Assembly: GCA_030167865.1 (NCBI GenBank)
Contig: JALAGF010003770.1
Span: 47,691-67,690 of the forward strand
Direction of reading: 5' to 3'
Source: Craspedostauros australis
Taxonomy: Eukaryota
DNA length: 20,000 nucleotides
The translations under genes and the position numbers were made by a program. This document shows, one piece after another, positions 10,822 to 20,000 of the stretch. Position 1 is the stretch's first letter; every line of letters starts with the position of its first letter. The notes under the pieces were generated by a model that did not search any database, was not told the DNA's origin, and was given only the letters and a program-made list of their open reading frames with translations.

Positions 10822-12837
10822 CTACGAATAGTATCGAGCCGACATCGCACTCTTGGCCGAATTGAAGACCCCTTCGTCTACTAACTTTTTGTCGGAAAGC
10901 TTGTTGATCTCTGTGCGGAGGACGTCGCAGATGACAGTCATAGCTGGTCGCCTTGGATTGCTGGCGAAGCAATCCTTCATCAGCAATCGGATAGCATTTG
11001 GCCATTTGGGATCAACCTTCGGTCGCACGCCGCACTGCACTGCCTTGATCTCGACCATGTCATCAGTCATGTCCTTGTACGGAGGCTCCATCTGGCAGAT
11101 CTCCCACAGAAGGATACCGAAGCTGTAGACATCGGCAGTGTCTGTGTAGGATTGGTTCTTGGCGACTGCAATGGCACAGAAAACAGGATGGAATGTATAA
11201 TGAAATAAGAACATGAAACGTGGTGAGTGAGTGAGTGAGCGAAATCATGCCGTTGTGATGCGCCAGCCATTGACAAGTGAATTGGAATGTACGGACAATG
11301 CCTGTATGCCGGCGTGCGCGCCTGCACGTACCTTCTGGCGCCATGTATCGCATGGTGCCTGTGTCGCCAGTCAGACGGAATCCCGCGCCACGCTTTGCCT
11401 TCTCCTCATCGTGCTCGACGGCCAAGCCAAAGTCGTACAGCTTGACATCATCTCGAACATCGAAACCCACGTTGCTGAGAACACAAGAGCGGAGAGAGGT
11501 ATGGGCATGCAGATGGTGTGCAATGGAAGTGTCAGAGATGAAATGCAGATGAGTGCGCGCCCAGGTATGCATACTTCGAGTACCAGTGGCCTTCAACGCA
11601 TCCTCCAGAAACGGAGCGCACGACACTGCGGCACTGCTGGTAGACAAAAGGAAGCAATCAAATGAGGAAGGAAGTGAGGGAGAGCGCGTGTTGGAACTTA
11701 CGTTGGCTTCAAGTCCCGATAGATGATGTTGAGATCGTGGAGGTATTCGAGGGCGGATGCGATGTCGTAAGCGATGGTGAGACGCTCCGCGAGGAATCGG
11801 TGTTGTCTCTTGTGGCCAAAGTCCAGGAACCATCCCTTCGCGTTGCGCTTGTGCCATTGCTTTGTGCGGCCCTTGAGCGTATCGTAGAGACGGTCGAGGA
11901 TAATGAAGAAGTCGGGGCTGTACGGATCGCAGGACGCCACCCCTCTCATCTTGATGATGTTGGGATGTCGGACGACGGAAAGGAATCGTGCCTCCAGGAC
12001 AAGGTCAGTGACTGTGTTGACGAAGGTGTTTGCATCCTCTTTGCAGCCGTCCTGCATGATCTTGAATGCGTAGCGGCAATCGGTACCATCGCGGATGCAG
12101 TGGCTGGACATGAAGTTGCGATTCTGAACGAGGCTTTGGAAACGATCCTCGTCGCTGTGCTTGTGCTTGCCCCCGAGGATCGGTCTGTCTAGGTCCTCGG
12201 GCTCGTGGTCGTCATCGGAATCATCATCTAGACTGTCCACTCGCTTCCGTCTGAGGATGATTTCGGTGATTTCGTTGACAACGAAGAAACCACCCTTCCC
12301 CAACATGGATCCAGTCGTAATCTCTGCGAGTGCAAACAAGAGTGGGTGGGTGCACGCGATTGGTTGGTTGGTTGATTGATTCATTGGCGCAAGAGGAGAC
12401 AAGTAGGGGGAGCAAGGGAGGCATGAGCGGAATGTGAAAGTGAGCCGACCAGTCAAAGTGGATTGGAACGAGTGCACCGTTGCAGGTTGTGGTGGTGATG
12501 AATGAAAGCGGGAAGCAGTACGTCGCTGCCACGAGATTGTACGTGAGAATGACACAGGCGCACGCATAGGCACACAGCCGTATAACTCACCATTGCGATC
12601 AAATTTGGGAATACGGTCTTCCGCCGCCTGATCAAAGATCTCCCAGCCCTTCGTTCTGCTCGTGACATTCTGCTTTGCTTTCTGCAGGAGATAGGTTTGG
12701 GTGTAGTCTCCGATCATTTTGTCTGCCTCGTCTTCGTCTTGCAACGCGGTGACGTTGTCGGTTGCTTGCGGTGATGATGATCCCGATGCCGTGGCATCAT
12801 CGTCCGCTGGATTCAGGCACAGAACGTCTGCTGTCAT
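10822..12837 (-). CDS. Ser/Thr protein kinase (TKL-like), about 451 aa; paralog B
   Basis: Exons 12837-12591, 12323-11702, 11474-11332 and 11165-10822, all GT..AG and in phase. Motifs: LGKGGFFVV, YAFK, LVLEARFL, HPNIIK, YRDLKPTN, DFGLA, GTMRYMAPE, DVYSFG, RRPAM. Confidence 0.93.
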
Positions 12838-13433
12838 GATGGTGGTGCTGATGGTGGCAATGGGGCCGATGCTGCTGATGCTGCTGATTTATGACACCAA
12901 TGTGTGGGATTGCCCTTGGTTTGTCTGAAGAGTATCTTAGAATCGCGGCCACAATCACAACCACACTCAGGATCACCCTCTTCCAGAGCTATGGTATTGA
13001 GTGGCAATACGATCGTCTGGAGCGAAGACGATGTGATCCCTGTTGTCAAGGGACGCGCAACAAGTTGTGGCTGATGAGATGACAGTGGCCGAACTCAGTG
13101 ATTGGCGGATCAATCAAAGGCCTTCTGGTTTGTTTTGTTCCGTTTCTCTCGCTCGTTTCTTTCCTCGTTGGTTTGTCAGGTCCTAAGTTGATGACGAATC
13201 GGCACGATGGCGATCAGAATTGTCTGTCGATGGGAACTCAGATGGAGAAAGGGGAGAGATGCTGTGGTGCGATGGTGAACAATGCAAAGCAATGCAATGC
13301 AACGTGTGGAAGATGGAAGGACTTCGGTTGTCAAGCGAGGTGATGCGGGAAGGTTGCTGCTTGCCTGCGATGGAGTTGAATGGGTTGACACTTGCTCAGT
13401 TGCGTGTACCAGTGTGTGACCCTGCTTTCTGAT

Positions 13434-13592
13434 GTGTTGGTGTTGGTGTTGTCGTTGGTGTTGTCGTTGGCGTGATTGGACGTGGCTGTGTTCAATTTGA
13501 TTGGAATGTTGCAATGGTGTGCTTCCGCAATTTGCTTGATGTTTGATGTTGGTGATGGATGTTGGTGATGGTGATGGTGATGGATGTTGATG
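13434..13592. repeat. Low-complexity GTT/GGT/GAT simple repeats upstream of kinase B
   Basis: gtgttggtgttggtgttgtcgttggtgttgtcgttgg at 13434-13470 and ggtgatggtgatggtgatggatgttgatg at about 13564-13591. Confidence 0.65.
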
Positions 13593-14708
13593 TCGACTGT
13601 GCGATTGGTAGTATTATGGGTGCTGGCTGAGTGGAAGGCGTCAAGGAGGACGGTGCTCTGTTTGCGCTCTCTGTTTCGTTGGTGCTCCTTTGTTGCCTCC
13701 TCTTCCTCCTCTTTTCTCGATTCCTGATTCGTCGACGAGCGAAAAAGGTCAGTGGCGATTGTCACGTTCTGTTCTTGTTTGCCTCCACACGGCCGTTTTG
13801 GTCTTGGAAGATGCCGCCAGGGCTGCGATGTACGAGTAACAGACACCATGTCACACGACACGATGCGGCGTGGTGATGTTTACTTGTGTCGTGTGTGTCA
13901 CGTTGTGTGATTTGGGACGACGATGATGATGGTGATGCCTCTTCTTTGGGTCCCGTTCTGTTTGAGATCCGAAACGTGGTCCAGAGCGTTGTCGTGGTCG
14001 CTGACATCGCTCCACCGTGATTCCTCGCTTAAACACGGCGATCCATCCACGACTGTTCCTCAGACGTCCTCGATGTCAATTCAGACACGTCGAACCAATG
14101 AGGAACAGAGGAATACGAAGAAGCGTTCTCTTGTGACCTTTGTCGCAGTTGTCTTGACATCCGTGTTCAATCCGGGAACGAAGTTTGGGCGTGTTTGGCG
14201 ATACACTGCAATGAACGTTAACAAAGCGTTTATTTAACGGTTAATGACACGTTCCGTTCTGTCCGTGACCTGACTTGATTGATGACTAGTGTGAAACATC
14301 ACAAAGAGGTCACAAACAACCAACCACTCATTCCTGTTTCACGCACTGGAGCGTCGAGAGTTGGGCCGGGCAGAGTCCAGTGCGACAGAGTAGTCCGCAT
14401 CAACGGACAGTGCTGCGCATCAGAATCTGCGTTCCGTCAATCTGAAAATGGCGAATGCATCTGATACTACTACGGGTACGACCTATGACTGTGTGAATCC
14501 TAATGGAGCCGAACAGAGAAGAGGGCATTGTAGTCGTAGTGCATTGCGCGGCATAGTCCGTGCTTGCACAAATGTTCATATTCTCCCATTTCGATCCATT
14601 CCATCCGGATTCATTCCACTCCAGTCCACTCCTGTCCAATGTATGTGAGCACCCTTGTACCTGCACGAGCACATATGCATTGGTTTTGCGCATTCGCGAC
14701 AGATCATC

Positions 14709-15515
14709 TCATCTGATGCGCCTGGCCACCCACAGACCGCTCGCCAGTATCGCAACTGCAGCATTCAGGGGCTTGCCTTCCTCCATCATTTTCCGCATGG
14801 AATCGCTGCCCTGCCTTCCCGTCAGCATCGCCGCGAACGGAACGTTGGACGTCTCCGCATCATAGCGCGGATCCAACGTGCCGCCCATCCCGCGTCGGAA
14901 CCGTGAATCGGTGTGCGCGCCACCCAACCAGGCAATTGCGACGGGTCCTGTCCACCAGATTTGCAGGGGAATGCTGGACGCCATCATGGCCTGACCCAAG
15001 CCGATCAAACCGAAGGACCACAATCCGGGATGGCGCGAGATACGCTCCAACCCGTGCAAGGCGCTGCCATCCTGATTCTTGCCATGCGCAAAGTCGAATG
15101 GGCATCGCACCTGCAAATTCCATGACGCGTTGGCTGGTGCAGGCCCCGCCGATGCATCGGGATTGACGAGCGCGAAGGGAATCTGCAACTTGGGCAGCGT
15201 CTGCGTCGCCATGGCCAATCCCATGGAAAGGAAGACGAATCCAGCTGCCGCAGGGGTCGGCGGAAGCCGCTTGGTCCACAGCCGCAAGGCCGGATCCATT
15301 GGTCCCTTGCGGATGCGGTAGTACGTGTAACCGATGGATGCTGTCGCGATGGTGGAGAAGGTTCCGTACACCGCGTGGTATTGATCATCGCCCAGCTGCT
15401 CTATGATCCATGTGCGATTCTCGGACAGCACGGCATTCTCCAGGATGAAGAACATCCAGCCTCCTGCCGCCCATCGCACTGCCGGCTGTGCGCGGGCGAT
15501 GGACAGTATCGTCAT
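14709..15515 (-). CDS. NnrU-domain integral membrane protein (NnrU / Z-ISO superfamily), 268 aa, intronless
   Basis: Single ORF with several hydrophobic helices and family-like motifs: R..IIEQLG...YHAVYG.FS, GLERISRHPGLW, GGAHTDSRFRR and TSNVPFAAML.GRQ. Compare ITRHP, G..HGD.R and TS..PFAAI..GRQ, recalled from NnrU/Z-ISO proteins. Confidence 0.78.
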   Translation of the reverse strand: MTILSIARAQPAVRWAAGGWMFFILENAVLSENRTWIIEQLGDDQYHAVYGTFSTIATASIGYTYYRIRKGPMDPALRLWTKRLPPTPAAAGFVFLSMGLAMATQTLPKLQIPFALVNPDASAGPAPANASWNLQVRCPFDFAHGKNQDGSALHGLERISRHPGLWSFGLIGLGQAMMASSIPLQIWWTGPVAIAWLGGAHTDSRFRRGMGGTLDPRYDAETSNVPFAAMLTGRQGSDSMRKMMEEGKPLNAAVAILASGLWVARRIR

Positions 15516-16176
15516 GTCGTGATTCTGTTTCTGCTGCGTACGATACGACCACTAGTATGTACTGGTATGATGGTCTGTTGATGCGGTATGGAACAGGTGT
15601 GGTCGCGTTGATGCCTCGTTTGGCCGTTCAATAGTACAACCAGGAATGCAGGAGTGTTGTCAACCACAGCAGAGTCTGTGCAAACGATCTGTTGCGTGCC
15701 GATCATTGATTCAATGTGGAAGATGCTGTCATCGTCACTTCAGCATCGCGCCGTGAGCCGCTTCGTTTGGGTTCCGCGACTCTGTGTTGGTTCGGTTTGC
15801 CGTTTGTGAATCAGCAAGCGTTTTCGTCATTTTGGAATCGAAGTGATCAGTTTCGTGAATGAAATGCACGACTCGTTGGACAGGAACGGGATGGGAGAAC
15901 CCGGATATTTCAACCCAACAGGAACGAGAATGACCAAGACATCTGTTGCCCCCAATGCGCAAAGTTCACATCATTCGTGTTGACACGCGTTGTTTCTCAT
16001 CTTTGTTGCCGTTGTGTTTTGTGTCTCCTTTGTGGGGATGGTGGTGCAATACCCTGGCTGATGGATTGGCGGGTGGGAAGACAATCCCGAGTGTGTGTGC
16101 TTCATTGACCATTAATCAATTAATCAATCATTAGCCCAGCCATTCAGCTGTCCAACCATCCAGAGATACAAAGAAG

Positions 16177-17810
16177 ATGGCCCGATCAAGAGTGAATCCT
16201 GGCGGAGCCGCCGGAGATGCGGAAAGCCATCACAGCGGCAGCTCGTTGCCTTTCCTGCCGTTGGACAAGCAGCAGAACATGTCCCATGCGCACAGCAGTG
16301 GTCACAACATCAGCAATACTATCAGCATTAGCAACACCAACAGTGATGGCAACAACAACACCAGCAGCAGCAGAGACTACGGCCACATGGACGCGTCGTT
16401 CGACGCGGAGGACGCGTTCGGCAACAGCGGCGATGACAACTCCAAGCTGAAACGTCGCGCCAACCAAGCGAACATAATGCCGCCGGCCGTGATGAAGACC
16501 TGCCGCATGCCGCTGATTCTGCCCAAGGTGGACGCCAAGAAGCTGCTGCTGGGATGCATGGGCTTCATCTTCGTCATGATCATCTGGGATGCCTTCTTCA
16601 CACCACCCGAACAGCGTCTGCTGCAGCCCGATTTCAGCGACCGCTTTCTGCGATGGGTGCAGCTGCATCCGGCGAAAGGCATGTTCGCCATTCTCGTCGT
16701 CATTGCGGTGGCCGTCGTCAGCATGGTGCCCATCGGGACGCCGCTCACGTTGGGCTGTGGATTCATCTATCGTGGAGTGTACGGGTGGAGATTGGGGCTG
16801 TTCGTTTCGACGGCCATCGCCATGCTGGGCTCCACCATGGGCGCCATCGTCTGCTTCTTGCTCGGCAGGTACCTCATGCGAGAGCAGGTGCGCAAGTGGG
16901 TGCGCAATTATCCCATATTCGATGCCATCGACACAGGTGAGAATCCTTGGGTTCTTCAGGTCGTCTCCATCATGTGATGTTAGGTGGTGTTATGTGATGT
17001 TGCATTGGATTATATTACATTCTGTTGGCAAGAGCATGAGGATGCATATGGTCACGTGGTTGGTGATGAGGTTGGTAAAGTCAAGCGCAATGAAGTGGAG
17101 TGGAGCTGAATGGAGTTGAGTTGAGTTGAGTGTGGGGTTGTATGGAACATCATCAAACCTTGGTGACGCATGGAGGACTGATCTTCAAGCAGATCAACAA
17201 TCGCATCATGCCGACATTCTCCCACGACCTTCTAACGCGCCTTATCACGCACACATATACACATACACGTACACGAATGTACGTGCAATTCATCACATCG
17301 TTCCTTGCTCCCACAGCCGCCGCCGAGAACGGAACGAAGATCATGGCGATGCTGTACCTCACGCCCGTCTTGCCGTTGGGGTTGGTAAGCTACATGTGCG
17401 GCACGACATCCATGCCATTGTATTCCTTCGTGGTGGCGAAGATCGCATCGTTGCCCCTCTACCTCATCTACACATTCCTGGGCGCATCGGCGCATGCTTT
17501 CATCAAGAAGGATGCATCCGAACCCGCCATGGTGTCCGCCAGCGATCAGGCCAAGCAGCTGGAGGAGAATCAGAGTCTGATTGTCGGCGGCATCATCCTC
17601 AGCATCGTCATGATGACCCTCATCACGAGAACCATCAAGCGGGAGCTCATGACTATTCTGGATGCTCAAAAGAAGGAAGACAAGCCAGCGAAGCAGCAAC
17701 CGTCGTCATCGTCGGCATCGAACGTGATGGATGAAGCGGATGCTGTGGAGATGGGGCTCACAGCCAGACGGCGACAGAAGTTGGACACGAACGTCGCCGA
17801 CAACAACTAA
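16177..17810 (+). CDS. VTT / SNARE-associated Golgi protein (DedA superfamily; TVP38/TMEM64-like), about 417 aa
   Basis: Exon 1 16177-16936, intron 16937-17316 (GTGAGA..CAG), exon 2 17317-17810. Motifs: VPIGTPLTLGCGFIY, G.TMGAIVCFLLGRYLMR, ENGTKIMAMLYLTPVLPLGLVSYMCG and LPLYLIYTFLG. The N-terminus is low-complexity S/N-rich. Confidence 0.9.
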
Positions 17811-18122
17811 AGAGAAAAGGGTATAGCACATAATAGCACCATGCTGTCTACCATGCGCGCTCTCTCTCTCTGGAGAGAGTACGCGCGCATTGATCAAACT
17901 GCAAGCTTCCAACGATGGAGTAGTGCAGAACACTCAACGAATACACAGAAAAAGTGCCATGAGCCGCGACGAGTGCCTTACTTTACCTGCTAAAGTGCTG
18001 GTGTTGCTATGATGTGCAGTCCTTACTTACTCTACATGCATACATCTGCTCTCTATCAATAGAGAGACAGAATCCTATTTCTGCGTACTCTATGTACTGG
18101 TACATCCTTGTGTTCAACTAAC

Positions 18123-19640
18123 TCACCATCGACCGCCACGTCCGCCAGCACTGCCCCCGCCACCAAACGAGGAGCCGCTTCTGCTTCTGCTACCACTGCT
18201 GCTCGCCTTGCGCGCTGCTGCCTCGCGCACCACGCGCGGATCGTTTTGAACGAAGGAGCGATCCGTGGACAAGGTCCCATCGTACGTGGACTGCGTCCAA
18301 CGTTGCAGCTGGTTCTGCTGGATGTACCGCGGATACTGGCGTGCCAGCCGCATCAAGCGGAAATTGCGTTCCCTGCGGAACTGACGCATCATCCAATCGT
18401 TGTTGCGTCCGTAGTTGTTCCCAAAGAGGTTATTGCCGCGATCGTGCACGTTGTTGTCATAGTGGTGGTGACGATGTTGGTGATCCGGCTGGTGGTTGTT
18501 TGTGTTGTCGTCTTGTGGCGCATCACCGCCATGGTCGTGCTCATTTTCATTTCCACCAGCAGCGGCGCCCGCACCTGCTGCTGCTGCGGGACGAACGTTT
18601 GGACGTCGGTTGGGACCGTTCTGCGCGTCTTGGCCGCCTTCCCCACGAGCTGTGTTGGGCATGGAAGGCGCATGCGTACCTGTCCCGACATCACGTTGAC
18701 AGATAGGACATCGCGTGACATTGCCCGTACCGCTACTAACCCATTCAGCCCAGCAGCTCTCGTCAAACACATGCCCGCAGCGCAGCAGCTTGATCGGTTG
18801 CTCGTCAGACCCGATGGTCTGCGAGATGAAATCCTCCAGGCAGATGGGACACGACGTCGCTCGGTACTGGCCTCGCAACGCTTCGGCCTGCGCGCGGTCC
18901 AATCGGTTCAGCTCCGATCGCACGCGAGCATACTCCCGATTCTCATTCTGCTGCTTGCGAATACCAGCGTACAGCACGCCACCGACGAGGGCCACCATGC
19001 CGACCGGCACGAGGTTCGGCAGGAAGTCCACGAATTGCTCCCACCACGATGGCTTGCCGGATTCAATGAAATGCTGCACCATGTCTGCCGCATTGGTGAG
19101 GGCATCACCGTACTGCCGGGCTCTGAGGAACGGCTTCAAGTTCAATATGATGCGATCGATCCTGGAGTTCGTGAGGTAGGGCTCGACCGCTCCACCTCGT
19201 GATATGTACATGACCCGATCCTGCGTCGACAGGACGACCAGCACGCCGGATCCTCCCAACTTGGAGTCGTACCCCACGCCCCAATGATCGTGCAGGTGCC
19301 ATGCCAGATCCTCGATCGTGCTCATCTCGGGATCCTCGTAGTTGCGGAACTCAACTGTGTTGATGCGTTTGACGACGACCGCTGCCATCTGAATGTCGAT
19401 GGTCTCCGGTGCGGTGCCGTCTTTCTCGCCAGATGGCACCTTCATGTTCGTTTCCAACTCACTGAACCTGGCCTCCAGCGCTTTGACGTTTGAAGACGAT
19501 AGCACATCGTCAGGATCATAAATTCTACCATCAATCGATGCCGGGAAGTCCAACTTCGACCATCCGCTTCTTGGTATGGCGGCACACAATGACAGATGAG
19601 TGTGCATCAAAGCCAGGCAAAGGAGGACCGTGATTCTCAT
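18123..19640 (-). CDS. Signal peptide + TPM (TLP18.3/Psb32/MOLO-1) domain + single TM + RING finger + Gly/Ser-rich tail; putative membrane E3 ubiquitin ligase, 505 aa, intronless
   Basis: Signal MRITVLLCLALMHTHLSLCAA. TPM motifs: IYDPDDVLS, QMAAVVV, LHDHWGVG, GVLVVLSTQDRVMYISRGG, KPFLRARQYGDAL. TM LVPVGMVALVGGVLYAGI. RING CPICLEDF-x16-CGHVFDESCWAEW-x10-CPIC. C-terminus SSFGGGGSAGGRGGRW. Confidence 0.9.
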   Translation of the reverse strand: MRITVLLCLALMHTHLSLCAAIPRSGWSKLDFPASIDGRIYDPDDVLSSSNVKALEARFSELETNMKVPSGEKDGTAPETIDIQMAAVVVKRINTVEFRNYEDPEMSTIEDLAWHLHDHWGVGYDSKLGGSGVLVVLSTQDRVMYISRGGAVEPYLTNSRIDRIILNLKPFLRARQYGDALTNAADMVQHFIESGKPSWWEQFVDFLPNLVPVGMVALVGGVLYAGIRKQQNENREYARVRSELNRLDRAQAEALRGQYRATSCPICLEDFISQTIGSDEQPIKLLRCGHVFDESCWAEWVSSGTGNVTRCPICQRDVGTGTHAPSMPNTARGEGGQDAQNGPNRRPNVRPAAAAGAGAAAGGNENEHDHGGDAPQDDNTNNHQPDHQHRHHHYDNNVHDRGNNLFGNNYGRNNDWMMRQFRRERNFRLMRLARQYPRYIQQNQLQRWTQSTYDGTLSTDRSFVQNDPRVVREAAARKASSSGSRSRSGSSFGGGGSAGGRGGRW

Positions 19641-20000
19641 TGTGCCTGTCTGCTAGGGATGCAATATTTGTATTTCTTTCTGGCGTCGCACTTGCGCCTG
19701 CACTTGTGCCTCTGTGGCGCTGAGATGGCGTCGATGTTGATGTTGATGATGTTGATTGTGAGTTCAAAACGATCTCTGCTTTGCTCCTCCTGATTCTACT
19801 ATGAGCCCGATCAGCGAGTCGACCAACTGTTTGCAATCAACATTCCATATTTTTTTCCCGGATTTAAAAACTAAGCTCATATTCATAATCCTAGTAGATC
19901 TAAAACATATACTGACCCATTTACGATTTCCGGGTCCTCCTATTTTTACCTTTTATGGATCGATGGATTTGCACATTCGTCCATCTCCTTCGGGTTTCAG

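Noticed and set aside
9993-10865. Short ORFs between the two kinases
   Set aside because: No motifs or consistent splice structure; probably 3' UTR or intergenic sequence.
99-17316. 8 of 14 complete introns have lengths divisible by 3
   Set aside because: The sample is too small to call an excess over the one-third expectation, and several contain in-frame stops.
18108-19202. 364-aa plus-strand ORF
   Set aside because: Antisense shadow of the GC-rich TPM-RING gene.
1-20000. tRNA/rRNA/snRNA genes, CRISPR arrays, transposase or retroelement ORFs, prokaryotic operon-type systems
   Set aside because: None recognised by eye. The DNA is spliceosomal-intron-containing eukaryotic sequence and the neighbouring genes show no evident shared pathway. 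Small ncRNAs cannot be excluded without an Infernal/Rfam search.

Overview
Gene-dense eukaryotic genomic DNA with GT-AG introns of about 170-380 nt. The kinase family, gene set and CAA/GTT-rich intergenic DNA suggest a diatom or related stramenopile (inference). Eight protein-coding genes can be assembled by hand from splice sites: a secretory cyclophilin (minus strand, at least 6 introns, a 12-nt micro-exon, runs off the left edge); a membrane-anchored GH28 polygalacturonase-like protein; LSm6; two paralogous Ser/Thr (TKL-like) kinases arranged tail-to-tail; an NnrU/Z-ISO-family membrane protein; a VTT/DedA (TVP38/TMEM64-like) protein; and a signal peptide-TPM-TM-RING protein. I see no RNA genes, CRISPR arrays or transposases. 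The two most unusual items are the receptor-like TPM-RING(Asp variant) putative E3 ligase, which ends in a bacterial-type Gly-rich...W tail, and the GH28 enzyme, which has non-canonical active-site motifs and three TM helices that appear to split its C-terminus.
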